DNA of 64,000 nucleotides from Candidatus Bathyarchaeota archaeon (GCA_005888735.1 VBBN01000035.1:75671-139670), one strand, 5' to 3'; counted from the stretch's first letter, positions 1 to 9,360 are shown. The notes: generated by a model not told the origin, from the sequence alone. Numbers and translations are program-made.

Positions 1-957
1 GCCCCGAATCCTACCTTCCTGAAACTCCTTCTCCGATTCCTCCCGAACCTCGCGTGACAGGGACCCGTGGTGAACCCTAACTCGCCCGAAGGCACCTAGG
101 GCGTGCAGTTGTGCAGCCAAGGCCTCGGCCTGCTCTCGCGTGTTTGTAAAGACAAGAGTTGACCTATGAGTGTCAATTATGTTCAGAATCTTACGCGCCC
201 GTGCCACTGTCGAAGGAGGAAGCCCCAATCTCTCCGCTTCCTTGTGGTCTTCGGAACCTGGCTGTGCAGAGCTAACCTTGATCTGAAGCCCGCGCGTCTC
301 GTCAGACCTTAGAATCTTGACGACGCGGTCTCTGCCCACGAGAAACTGCCCAATCTTCTCGGGTTCCCCGATGGTTGCTGAGAGGCCGATTCGCTGAAAT
401 TCTACCTGCGTGAGCTCCAGAAGCCTCTCCATAGCAAGGGACAGTTGGACGCCTCGCTCATCCGTCGCTAGCTCATGGACTTCATCCACTATGAACCAGC
501 GGACTGACTTCAGATGCTCACTCATTCTCCTCCCAATGAGAATGGACTGGAGTGTCTCCGGGGTTGTTATCAGAATGTCCGGCGGGATTCGCGCCTGCCG
601 GGAGCGGGCGCTTATCGGAGTGTCTCCATGGCGAACCTGGATTTTCACATCGAGGTCTCGACCCATTTCCTCGAGTCGGCGCAGGAGGTCGCGATTGAGG
701 GCGCGTAGGGGGGTGACGTAAACAACTGAGATTCCTCGGGCCCTTTGCTCAATCCTTTTTTCAAGGAATTTGTCGAGAACGGGGAGAATTGCTGCGAGGG
801 TTTTTCCAGTCCCGGTTGGGGCGATGAGAAGAACGTTGTCTCCGTTGAGAATTGCGGGGATCGCAAGTTCTTGGATTGGGCTTGCTTCGAGGAACCCTTC
901 TTTCTCAAGCCTTCGAAGAACTGGTGGTTTGAGGACGGAGAAAGCTGAGGCTGGCAT
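1..957 (-). CDS. lhr: ATP-dependent DEAD/DEAH-box helicase, Lhr-like, N-terminal part. The ORF runs off the 5' end of the window, so it is absent from the ORF track.
   Basis: Reverse-strand translation from the ATG at 955-957 gives MPASAFSVLKPPVLRRLEKEGFLEASPIQELAIPAILNGDNVLLIAPTGTGKTLAAILPVL...FIVDEVHEL...GLSATIGEP. Walker A is APTGTGKT, motif II is DEVH and motif III is SAT. There is no stop codon before position 1. Confidence 0.75.
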   Translation of the reverse strand, partial: MPASAFSVLKPPVLRRLEKEGFLEASPIQELAIPAILNGDNVLLIAPTGTGKTLAAILPVLDKFLEKRIEQRARGISVVYVTPLRALNRDLLRRLEEMGRDLDVKIQVRHGDTPISARSRQARIPPDILITTPETLQSILIGRRMSEHLKSVRWFIVDEVHELATDERGVQLSLAMERLLELTQVEFQRIGLSATIGEPEKIGQFLVGRDRVVKILRSDETRGLQIKVSSAQPGSEDHKEAERLGLPPSTVARARKILNIIDTHRSTLVFTNTREQAEALAAQLHALGAFGRVRVHHGSLSREVREESEKEFQEGRIRG

Positions 958-1181
958 CTATTCTACGAATAACTCGTTAAAGCCTATTCTTCCTCGACGG
1001 CCTTCTTCTTCTCGCTTGGCCGTTCATAGGCTATGTAGAGAAATATTAGAATCATTGTCACGAAGCTCAGCACGTACAAAAGCAACTCTATGGCAGAGTA
1101 GTACTGGTCTGGGTTGTAGGACATGCCCTATCGCCAATGTCCATCGGGCAAATTCCCTTGCGGCTACAAAAACCTTGAGAT

Positions 1182-1520
1182 TCACGCGCTACGGCTTAGG
1201 GGTTTCCACTTCGCAGTAAAACCTGAGTAGTCAGAATCTGCCATCCCATTCTGACCGTATTTCCCAGAGGCCTCGGCCAAGCCCTGTGCTATGAGATGAT
1301 AGCACAGCTGCCGCTTCTTACCCATCACGCGGAAGTAGTAGTCGTCACATGTGCAGAACATACTCTCAGGCACAACCTGATACTCGCTCTTTCGACCTCT
1401 GACCACCCAAATGATTCTTCCACTGGGCTCAAACCTGAACTTCCGAACTCCGTTGCCCTCCACCAAAGCTAGAGCTTGACCGGCCCTTTTCTCAAAGTTC
1501 CTGTCGAGGACACTCTTCAA
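1182..1520 (-). CDS. SWIM zinc-finger domain protein
   Basis: CxC...CxH signature FCTCDDYYFRVMGKKRQLCYHLIA in a 112-aa ORF immediately next to the helicase. Confidence 0.45.
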   Translation of the reverse strand: MKSVLDRNFEKRAGQALALVEGNGVRKFRFEPSGRIIWVVRGRKSEYQVVPESMFCTCDDYYFRVMGKKRQLCYHLIAQGLAEASGKYGQNGMADSDYSGFTAKWKPLSRSA

Positions 1521-1712
1521 TTCATCGTCGATTTTTCCAGTCTGGCGTATCTCGTGGCAGACCTGCCGTAGTACTTTGGACTCTTGGATGTCGCTCGCCG
1601 ATTCTGTCCCCAGAAAGCTCAGTTTTGACTACCAAGAATACCTTTTCATCTTGAAAGACAAGGCCAAGATTGCAGGGTCCTTCTGCTGTCAAACCGGGTC
1701 ACAGTCAAGCCA

Positions 1713-2555
1713 GTGGCCGACCAGCCAGCCCTCCTCTTAGAGAAGGATCGTGAACGGGTCTTGGTAATCGCAGACCTTCACCTGGGCTGGGAGGTTACTC
1801 TTGCGCATCAAGGAATACACGTCCCAAGCCAGGTGCCACACCTCTTGAGCAAGCTCCAAAATATTCTCGACGAAACCCATCCTAACCAGCTCATTCTCCT
1901 TGGAGACGTGAAGCACGCGGTTGCGAAGGTCGAACTGGAGGAGTGGAAGTACGTGCCGGAGTTCTTCGAGAGCCTTGTTAACTTCATCCAAAACGTCCAG
2001 GTTGTTCCGGGAAACCATGATGGTAATCTGGAACCCCTAACCCCGCCTAGCGTGAAAATAGCAAATTCTCAAGGAATTCTCCTCTGGGATACTGTGGGTC
2101 TCTTCCATGGACATGCGTGGCCACCGCCATCCATGCTTGGATGCAAGTATCTCGTAATGGGCCACCTCCATCCTGTAGTGGTTTTCAAGGACCCGTTAGG
2201 GTTCCGGATCACTCGTCAGGTTTGGGTGCGAGCTAGGACTAACGGGCAGAGGCTCGCTGAAGGGGTCCTCAAGCATGAAAGTGTCAAATTCGAAGGAGAC
2301 CCTGTTCAGAAGGCGGAACAAGCCTACAACCTTAAAGTCCTCGATGCTGAATGTGTAATCATGCCGTCCTTCAACGATTACCTGGGGGGCCAGCCGATCA
2401 ACCGAAGCGCTTCTGAAGGGTGGACAGCTCTGTACAAGGAATACATGGGGCCCGTCCTCCGCTCGGGTGCGATAGACTTCGAGAACGGAGAAGCATACCT
2501 CTTTGATGGAACGTATCTCGGCAAGGTCCGAGACCTGCGAGAAATGAACCAATAA
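1713..2555 (+). CDS. calcineurin-like metallophosphoesterase (MPE-like)
   Basis: Ordered metal-binding motifs DLHLG, GDVKH, GNHD and GHLH. Confidence 0.65.
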   Translation: MADQPALLLEKDRERVLVIADLHLGWEVTLAHQGIHVPSQVPHLLSKLQNILDETHPNQLILLGDVKHAVAKVELEEWKYVPEFFESLVNFIQNVQVVPGNHDGNLEPLTPPSVKIANSQGILLWDTVGLFHGHAWPPPSMLGCKYLVMGHLHPVVVFKDPLGFRITRQVWVRARTNGQRLAEGVLKHESVKFEGDPVQKAEQAYNLKVLDAECVIMPSFNDYLGGQPINRSASEGWTALYKEYMGPVLRSGAIDFENGEAYLFDGTYLGKVRDLREMNQ

Positions 2556-2637
2556 TTTCTACGCAGACCTGTCCTCTCACCATTCAAGTGAAAGGACCCT
2601 TGGCTTCAAAGTCGATGATGCATTCGAAGAATGAATC

Positions 2638-3096
2638 TTATTCTTCTTTAGGAGCCATCGTGGCCAAGACTCGCCACATGTCTCCGCCACCGTTTAGTTT
2701 TGCAATCTCACGGAGCAGGTCATAGTATGACCTGACGTGTCTCCGCCCATCTTTGGCATTGTAATAGTTGAAATTGGCAAACATGGTGGGGGCCACTTCG
2801 TGGTTATACATAGGGTAAGAGGTGTCCCCCGCATTTAGCTCTCCAAGCTCTTGCGAGAGAAGGCCGTCGCGTCGTTCCAGAACTTTCCGGCTTTTGCGCT
2901 GCCGATTCCGGTCTTTGACCCTTCTACCCTGAAGGCGGCACTCTTCACTGTCATATTTTTCCGAGAACCAGCCTAGGAACTTGCGCCCGCACACCGGGCA
3001 AGTCTTGAGAACTTTCTTATCAGCTTGGGCCAACGTTGGACTCCTGGTTTCTGGTTGTGGCGTGTTCCGTCTAGCGTGTGAATATTTGTGTGGCAC
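2638..3096 (-). CDS. hypothetical Zn-ribbon protein (CPVCG...C)
   Basis: 152-aa ORF with a GTG start, a basic region and one Cys pair. No family recognised. Confidence 0.35.
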   Translation of the reverse strand: MPHKYSHARRNTPQPETRSPTLAQADKKVLKTCPVCGRKFLGWFSEKYDSEECRLQGRRVKDRNRQRKSRKVLERRDGLLSQELGELNAGDTSYPMYNHEVAPTMFANFNYYNAKDGRRHVRSYYDLLREIAKLNGGGDMWRVLATMAPKEE

Positions 3097-3221
3097 TAGT
3101 ATAAAACCAAGCCGTACGGTTTCAACAAATTCGCGATAGCTGTAACGCCTGTTATTGCTCCGTCCTTAGGCCCATGAAAGTAAGAAAGAGTAATAACGGC
3201 TTTCCGGCCGGTCTTGACCCG

Positions 3222-3364
3222 GGGGCTGTCGGCTAGAAGATCCTCGACGGGTCCGGCCAATCAGGTCTAGTAGACTTAACGTCTGGACAAGCCGCGTGGC
3301 TTGGGAGCAAGCTTAGAGCCAGGAGCCCACGAAATCGGCGGTTCAAATCCGCCCAGCCCCACCA
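3222..3364 (+). tRNA. tRNA-Pro(UGG) with two introns and a genomically encoded CCA. One intron of about 45 nt lies in the D-loop at about 3238-3282. A 20-nt intron lies at the canonical 37/38 site, 3306-3325.
   Basis: Acceptor 5' GGGGCUG (3222-3228) pairs perfectly with CAGCCCC (3354-3360). Discriminator is A3361 and CCA is 3362-3364. D-stem is GGCU (3231-3234) with AGCC (3290-3293). Anticodon stem is CGUGG (3295-3299) with CCACG (3327-3331). Loop is CUUGGG|intron|C, so anticodon UGG with G37. T-arm is GGCGG-UUCAAAU-CCGCC (3337-3353). A TATAAAA box lies at 3111-3117. Confidence 0.55.
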
Positions 3365-3397
3365 TCAGATTTGAACCGTACTCGGTTCAAATCCGGA
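3341..3397. repeat. tRNA-Pro 3' end plus downstream inverted repeat (GATTTGAACCG-TACT-CGGTTCAAATC). Copy A of an att-like repeat family.
   Basis: The 27-nt string cccagccccaccatcagatttgaaccg at 3351-3377 is identical at 4916-4942. It is followed by an 11-bp perfect inverted repeat. Confidence 0.5.
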
Positions 3398-3673
3398 CTG
3401 CTTCCGACTTCGTTGTGTGGATGTAAGACCAAGCCTATATGCGTACGAATTCAGCAATTGAGCAATTTGGCTCTGTCTGTTTGCATCTCTTACCAGTAAA
3501 ACAAATGCAATAGTGTTGTCCGAAATACAGATGGCATCTTCTATCCCCAATTTCCGAGTTGGCTTCTTCTTCAGCGTTTGGAAGATCCAAAGACTGTCCT
3601 GTTGGGTCTCAGGTTGAGGTTACGCTATCCGGTTATTGCTTCGAGTTAGCTCCAGAGTTCGGTCTAGTCAACT

Positions 3674-4141
3674 TTGCAGCAGTCCGTAGTTCTGACTTTG
3701 CTCGGGGGAGCAGTTGCTGGCGTAGGTCTGCTGTTCCTTGGATGTGGCCCCACGCCCGGTGGAACATGTGCGACACCAAGTGAGGACGTCGTACTGGGCT
3801 ACCTTTTCGGGTCAGCGGGAGCTGCGTTAATTACGGTGGCGCAGATGAAGGGAAGGAGAGGTTCGACATCGGTGTCCTCACGGTCATCCCACCAGGGCGT
3901 TGTTGGGGCAACAACTACTTTGGTAGGAGGGACGGTCATGATGATGGGCCTATTGTTCAGTTGTGCAAATCCATTTTTCATTGCTGGCACGGCATCTTGC
4001 GGGGTTGGACCATTAGCCGCGCTCATAGCATATGGGTTTGGAATTGGAGGCGCGACGCTCCTGGCTATGGGCTTGTTCGAAATGAGAATGTCGTGGACGC
4101 ATACGGGGAAACACTCGGAACGGAAAGAACCGTCGACGTAG
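3674..4141 (+). CDS. hypothetical Gly/Ala-rich membrane protein
   Basis: 155-aa ORF with 3-4 hydrophobic segments, lying between repeat copies A and B. Confidence 0.3.
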   Translation: MQQSVVLTLLGGAVAGVGLLFLGCGPTPGGTCATPSEDVVLGYLFGSAGAALITVAQMKGRRGSTSVSSRSSHQGVVGATTTLVGGTVMMMGLLFSCANPFFIAGTASCGVGPLAALIAYGFGIGGATLLAMGLFEMRMSWTHTGKHSERKEPST

Positions 4142-4369
4142 CCTTTCAGTAACTAGGATCGCAAAATGCGGTCTACTCTGTCAGCCAAACTGACAAGGAA
4201 CATGTAATTCGGCAAACTGTCATTATCTGACACGACGAGCAACGCCCTATATCGCGCCAAAGCCTAGATGGCTATTCTTGGTTGGCCGTTGGACTAGAGA
4301 TTGCCTATTTCTGCTAGGAAGGCCTTTTCCTCTTCCAGTATCCTGTCCACCTGTTGAAGGAATCGGGAA

Positions 4370-4864
4370 TCACGTACGAGTGAACTGTCGGACTGCATTG
4401 CCCCTCAACCAATCCTTTGTCTCTTCCACGGTATAAAATCCCTCTCTTATCCCCGTCAGAATTCGAGGGTCATGAGCTACACTAGGATGTTCGTCGTTTG
4501 TCCTCAAGAACGAAACGGTGGCAACGTAGGCAGTCCTCCTGACGCCGCTTGCGAAAGCGTGGCCTCTGACAAGCTCGGTCAAGAGCACCGCTGCCTTATC
4601 GTACAAATCCCCTTCCTCAGCTCGCATTTTCTGGGTTGCAGCCTCTAGCTTGGGTCGAGAGAGGACCCGATGTCGGACGGCCCTTTTCACGCTGATTTCT
4701 CTCAAGACTCGTCTATTCGTTTCGATGAGCTCGTCGACCGATGGATAGATTATTTCCAGGCACATTTTGGCCTGCATCTTCTCTCCTTTAAGATTCTCCG
4801 ATCTACGTGATAATACGGGCCCGACACTCGTCAGGGTGCGGCGGAACACGCACGTCATAATCAA
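4370..4864 (-). CDS. Fic/Doc-family-like protein with a degenerate core motif (HAFASGVRRTAY)
   Basis: Layout ...AAVLLTELVRGHAFASGVRRTAYVATVSFLRTND matches the Doc/Fic HxFx(D/N)GNKR helix region. The D, N and K residues are substituted. Confidence 0.35.
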   Translation of the reverse strand: MIMTCVFRRTLTSVGPVLSRRSENLKGEKMQAKMCLEIIYPSVDELIETNRRVLREISVKRAVRHRVLSRPKLEAATQKMRAEEGDLYDKAAVLLTELVRGHAFASGVRRTAYVATVSFLRTNDEHPSVAHDPRILTGIREGFYTVEETKDWLRGNAVRQFTRT

Positions 4865-4886
4865 TCTTCAACATCCTTTAGTTAGG

Positions 4887-4960
4887 ATTTGAACCGTTTT
4901 GGGTGTAGGTCCTCCCAGCCCCACCATCAGATTTGAACCGAGATGGGTTCAAATCCGAGA
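4887..4960. repeat. Copy B of the att-like repeat. It is a partial tRNA-Pro 3' end (4916-4928) preceded by a 42-nt module and followed by the inverted repeat GATTTGAACC-gagatg-GGTTCAAATC.
   Basis: Identical 27-mer with copy A. The upstream module ggatttgaaccgtt.t.gg.gtaggtcc is shared with copy C. There is no T-arm, so this is not a functional tRNA. Confidence 0.5.
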
Positions 4961-5173
4961 CATCTTGAGAGGCTCGCAATTAGGTTCAAAGATGACCTTT
5001 CACGTGCCGCGTCCCACGCACGACGAAAATTCCCAGGGCCGAAAAGCGACCAACCTTCACGATTTCGGGGGCACTGCTCTACCCGCGTTTTCCCGACGGT
5101 CCTTCCATTGGTCTCGCCAGGCAACGAGAACGATTATCTGCGCGCGGCCCACATGGGGAAGTGATTCAAGGGT

Positions 5174-6568
5174 TTGAGGAAGGGGCTGCTCCTACCTATG
5201 ATTGGGTCCGTATCGTTTCCCGTGGTAGCCGTCATTGGTGTGGTAGCTCCTCTAATGTTTCCGACCATCGGGTTCTATGACACGTTAATTTTTCAGTGGG
5301 GCTATATGATAGCCTTGTTCGCAGGCTTCTATGAATCCTTTAACGGCATTGCAATTATTGAGGACGCGCGGGCACAGTCAGTAGTACGCGTAAAGAAAGT
5401 GGTGAACATTGGATGGGTCCTTTGTGGGGTCTTTTTTGCAATTTTGTTCTTCCCTCTGATGATTAGCCTGGCCACTTCTGTCGAGGTACCCTTTTACGAG
5501 GTACGTCTTTGGATTGGTAATGCGGCCCTCGTGTCTTGGGCCCTCGTCTTTGGAGTATGCTCGTTAATCGTCTGGGACAGGTGGTCTTCCCTCTCAGTAG
5601 AAGAGCTCGATATTCGCTACTGGGAGAACCTCTCGCGAAGAGGCATGATTGGCCTGGTATGTCGGATAGGAATATTCGCGGGCTTTGTTCTCAGTGTTCT
5701 GCTTCCAGCCGTGGGGCTAGCCGTTATGGCGGCGGCTTCCGTACCTTTCATTTTCCTGACTCTGACAGGTAAGAAAACTCAAGTGGAGCATCGCCCTCCA
5801 TTGCAGGGTCCCCCTGAGAAGGTCGAGCTACGGAAGGTCAGTCGTAAAGAGAAGCTCTCCATTGGAGAGCAGATCTGCGACCTCATATTATCTCAGTACG
5901 GCAGGAGGAGGGTCCATGCGGTCTGTATATGGGGAGACACTGCGGAGGACCCGGATCTCCCATACTCCAGCCTAGACTTGCTTGTAGTTGTCCGCGACGG
6001 CATACGGCTTCCGAGCGAACAATATGTGTTCAGCGGTCTGCTTGTTGGAGTCAACTATTGGCAGGAGATTCAGATTCTCCATCGTGCAAGAGAGTTTGAT
6101 GAAAACTGGCCGTGGCACACAGACCGCTTGAGGAAGAGAATTGTTCTGTTTGAAAAGAAAGGCTGGCTACACAAATTGGACAGAGCTTTGGAAGAGAGCG
6201 ACAAGGCGGATTCCGCGGAGCCGATTCGCGACACGGCCCTGAAGTTGGTAGAAGACTTCGGAGACCTGCGGAATGCTCGGCTGGAGAATGATGAGTCTTG
6301 GATGAAGATGTCCTGTGGGCGTATCGCCTGGAGCACTGTTACCCTCGTGTTCTTGCTCGACAGGAGATACTTGAGAAAGGGCTGGGAGGACGTGTTTGAG
6401 TGTCAGGCGAAGCCATCAGATTTCCGTCGGTTGTTCGAAACGGCAGTCGGCTTCATCTCTGCCTCACTTGAAGAAAGGATTCAGGCCGCCGAGAAACTGT
6501 TCGTTGAGAGTCTTGAACTGGCCGGAACCAGAGGGATTTCGCTGACTTCCCCTCAACTCCAAATCTGA
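5174..6568 (+). CDS. membrane-anchored nucleotidyltransferase. N-terminal roughly 200 aa is polytopic membrane domain. C-terminal half is KNTase/ANT-like NTase plus helical domain.
   Basis: NTase signature VCIWGDTAEDPDLPYSSLDLLVVV fits the hG[GS]x9-13Dh[DE] pattern. The N-terminus has 5-6 hydrophobic helices. Confidence 0.5.
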   Translation: MRKGLLLPMIGSVSFPVVAVIGVVAPLMFPTIGFYDTLIFQWGYMIALFAGFYESFNGIAIIEDARAQSVVRVKKVVNIGWVLCGVFFAILFFPLMISLATSVEVPFYEVRLWIGNAALVSWALVFGVCSLIVWDRWSSLSVEELDIRYWENLSRRGMIGLVCRIGIFAGFVLSVLLPAVGLAVMAAASVPFIFLTLTGKKTQVEHRPPLQGPPEKVELRKVSRKEKLSIGEQICDLILSQYGRRRVHAVCIWGDTAEDPDLPYSSLDLLVVVRDGIRLPSEQYVFSGLLVGVNYWQEIQILHRAREFDENWPWHTDRLRKRIVLFEKKGWLHKLDRALEESDKADSAEPIRDTALKLVEDFGDLRNARLENDESWMKMSCGRIAWSTVTLVFLLDRRYLRKGWEDVFECQAKPSDFRRLFETAVGFISASLEERIQAAEKLFVESLELAGTRGISLTSPQLQI

Positions 6569-6957
6569 AGAGGTCTTTCTTGACGTGGCCATAAGACAAG
6601 AATCTCACTCTCTAAGAGAGCATGCGTCAAGGATCTTCCTGAGGTTTGTATGACTGCCTCTTTGCTGGAAAAGTCTCCAGCAGTGATAGCTATGGTGTGC
6701 TCGATCAACAACCCAACGAACAAGACGCGGCTGCTGTACCGGCGACGGTGAGGCTCGCGTTGGTCGCTAGCCCCGAGAACAATTAGTCACGATGACGGTG
6801 ACGAGTTCCTCGATGCCGAAGACTACTATCAGCACGATCTGCTTTCGGCTGAGCAGTTTTGTGATGTTAGGTAGCTAATCACGCATGAAGGTCGCGCCGA
6901 CCTCATCTAGTGGAGTGGGAGAGGAATGTTGCGACCACGAAAAATTGGTTTCTTGAT

Positions 6958-7004
6958 AGGCGGATTTGAACCGTTCTCGGTATAGGTCCGCCCACCCCCA
7001 CCAT
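6958..7004. repeat. Copy C of the att-like repeat (ggcggatttgaaccgttctcggtataggtccgcccacccccacca)
   Basis: Shares the 42-nt module with copy B. Ends with a tRNA-like acceptor plus CCA. Confidence 0.45.
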
Positions 7005-7041
7005 TGCCATGGTTCGGGAATTGGACGCCAAAGAATCGAAG

Positions 7042-7410
7042 TCAGGCTTCGACGATTACCCTGAAGCCGCCATAGACCATACGCTTCATGTCAAATGGCA
7101 TCGGCTCATCTTTTTCCGGTGCATCTTTCATGAACGGGTCCTTCATCACCTTCCCGTTGACCATGTCGCGGTGTTTTCGATTCTTGAACACTATGTATGA
7201 GAACACGACTGTCTCGTTAGGCCTTGCTCTTACGGTTTTGGGGAACTTAATCCCGGCCCACTTCGGGCTGAGGTCATTGCCAACCGCCTCGATATACTCT
7301 AGGGCACCGTGCTTCCGCCAGATTCTGCCTGCTTTCTGAGCCAGACGCCTATACGATCGTATTTTCTTCTTCGGAACAGCCAAGACAAATCCGTCAACAT
7401 AACCTCGCAT
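7042..7410 (-). CDS. DUF1428 family protein. Start taken at the internal Met of MRGYVDGFVLAVPKKK.
   Basis: YVDGFVLAVPKKKIRSYRRLAQKAGRIWRKHGALEYIEAVGNDL resembles the DUF1428 consensus. The ORF extends upstream to 7596. Confidence 0.5.
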   Translation of the reverse strand: MRGYVDGFVLAVPKKKIRSYRRLAQKAGRIWRKHGALEYIEAVGNDLSPKWAGIKFPKTVRARPNETVVFSYIVFKNRKHRDMVNGKVMKDPFMKDAPEKDEPMPFDMKRMVYGGFRVIVEA

Positions 7411-7642
7411 GGATACGACTCTCCCCATTGAGTATTGATATGGCTTACCTGCCTTCATGGCTCGCGATCGTGCATCTGAGACCGGGGCGCCAGTACCTAC
7501 TAGCGCTTTCCTGTCAGCTCCAGAACCAGTTCTGAATCCGCTTCCCCCGCTGTATCCCCTAAACAGACCCTTCTCTCGAAGGCAAATAGCGTTCAAGAAT
7601 CACTTGGGCAAAAATTCGTCGACCGATTCTTGGAAGTCGTGT

Positions 7643-8509
7643 CTAAGCCTTTTTCCTGCTCTCTGAGCTGTCTCGGTTGACGCTTTCTCTCAATCTACCC
7701 AAGTACTCATCCTTCAGCCGCAGAAGTGATATGTCCATTTTCTCGGGAAAATCTCCATAGCTCTTCATCCAATAATGTTCCCTGTCGATCGCCCCTTCGC
7801 TGTATCTTGGTCCTGCTATCTCGTCGGAAATGTGGTGAAGCATTTCCTCGGCCAAGGTCTCAAGGCCCACAAAGTATGAGTCCGAATCGTTGCCGAAGTA
7901 CCAAGCATCGATCAAAGAGGCATACGTTTCCCTACCCAGTGCCATCACATTCAAACAATAATCAGCGTACGCATCCAGGTGTTGCCAGCCAAGCCTCGAC
8001 TTGTCAGGCAGCATCTCGCCGGCAAGAGAGAGGGAGTCGACGAGGCTTTCTGCGGAGTAGTCGACGCCGGGAAGGATTATTGGTACGACCGGGTTTTGGA
8101 TTTTCTTCGGCGAGAAACGGATCCCAACACGAGGAAGTTTCCTGAAGACGGATTGAATTCTCTGGTAGTCTGCCCGTCCCTCAGTGGATTCGTATGTTAT
8201 GAATGGTATTCTCGCCTGAAGAAATGGGTAGTTGTACGCGTGTCTCTCCAGGTCTAGTTTCATTTCTTCGAAGAAGTCGGCGAGGAAGTTCTTCGTGAGG
8301 AGAATGAAACCCTCGATGACAGTTCTTCTTGGATTCCTGGGGAGGTCTTGCTCCGAAATCTCTGAAGCTACTCTTTTTGTGAGCTCGTACGAAGGTATGG
8401 ACTGGAGATACTCGGTCAGCTCGCTCATCCGAGTAAGCTTGTACCATGAAGGGTGGATTCCCATCGTCAACTCTCGGACCCTGTAGACAGCGGACTCATA
8501 TCTGGGCAT
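7643..8509 (-). CDS. hypothetical protein
   Basis: 288-aa ORF with no recognisable motifs. It is divergent from the methyltransferase gene, with a 32-nt spacer. Confidence 0.4.
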   Translation of the reverse strand: MPRYESAVYRVRELTMGIHPSWYKLTRMSELTEYLQSIPSYELTKRVASEISEQDLPRNPRRTVIEGFILLTKNFLADFFEEMKLDLERHAYNYPFLQARIPFITYESTEGRADYQRIQSVFRKLPRVGIRFSPKKIQNPVVPIILPGVDYSAESLVDSLSLAGEMLPDKSRLGWQHLDAYADYCLNVMALGRETYASLIDAWYFGNDSDSYFVGLETLAEEMLHHISDEIAGPRYSEGAIDREHYWMKSYGDFPEKMDISLLRLKDEYLGRLRESVNRDSSESRKKA

Positions 8510-8541
8510 CCGTGTTAATTGTTTGGACCTCAGGACAAAGT

Positions 8542-9360
8542 ATGAAGGGAGGCGTGAATATCACTCTCATTGTTGTCAAAGACCGCGATGACCTATCAGA
8601 TGCGCGTCGAGAATACTATGCCTCCCTAGCTGAATTCTTTCTCAACCAGATAGGAAGAGGACCTGACACAATACTAGAAGCCGGATCAGGGAAAGGTCAA
8701 ATGACTTTCCCCCTTATCGCAAACCTTTCGCGGAGAGCTCGTCTAATTACCGTCGACTCATCAGAGGGGCCCTACGAAGGGTCCTTGGAACGGTTCCATT
8801 CAGGTTTGAAAGAGCAAGGGCTCGGTTTCAACATCCGGTCTATCAAGTCAGATGTGAGAAAGATGAGCAGCGTGGGAGACGCGAGTGTTGACGCAGTTAT
8901 CTCGAACGAGTTACTATGCGACCTCCGGGACGAGGTTCAGCTCTCCAAGGCTCTTCAGGAGTTCTACCGGGTTCTTCGCCCCGGCGGAGTGATGATTCAC
9001 GGTGAATGGTGCTCATGCCCGGCAAACAGGTCTCAGAAGATGACCATCAACGCCGACAGCTGCATCGGGACCAGCACTCCGAGCAAGTTCTGGAACCCGG
9101 ACGAATTGTTTGCAGCGATATGTCAAGCCGGGTTCGAGCGATTCTCGGTTACATATTTCGCGACGACGATGAGACTGAAATATCCTGCTGCCGTTGAAGA
9201 ACTTCGAATCTGGGGAGTAAGAAAGGCATTCATAGAAAGAAACGACAAATCTCTACGAAGGTACGGAATCGAGCTACCCTTCGAGCATATTGTGAGATGC
9301 AGGAAGCCCGTTAGGGCTGGGCGAACCTCAGCTCTTTGCCCTCAAGGTCGATTCAGGTGA
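8542..9360 (+). CDS. class I SAM-dependent methyltransferase
   Basis: Motif I is LEAGSGKGQMT. Post-I acidic residue is VDSS and motif IV-like is VLRPGG. Start taken at the second Met. Confidence 0.6.
   Translation: MKGGVNITLIVVKDRDDLSDARREYYASLAEFFLNQIGRGPDTILEAGSGKGQMTFPLIANLSRRARLITVDSSEGPYEGSLERFHSGLKEQGLGFNIRSIKSDVRKMSSVGDASVDAVISNELLCDLRDEVQLSKALQEFYRVLRPGGVMIHGEWCSCPANRSQKMTINADSCIGTSTPSKFWNPDELFAAICQAGFERFSVTYFATTMRLKYPAAVEELRIWGVRKAFIERNDKSLRRYGIELPFEHIVRCRKPVRAGRTSALCPQGRFR

Noticed and set aside
410-1219. Plus-strand ORFs 410..721, 514..708, 745..948 and 770..1219
   Set aside because: They are antisense to the clearly conserved Lhr helicase reading frame.
4893-4934. Independent tRNA genes at repeat copies B and C (6958-7004)
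   Set aside because: They end in acceptor-like CCA tails but lack a foldable T-arm, D-arm or anticodon arm. They fit better as duplicated att fragments.
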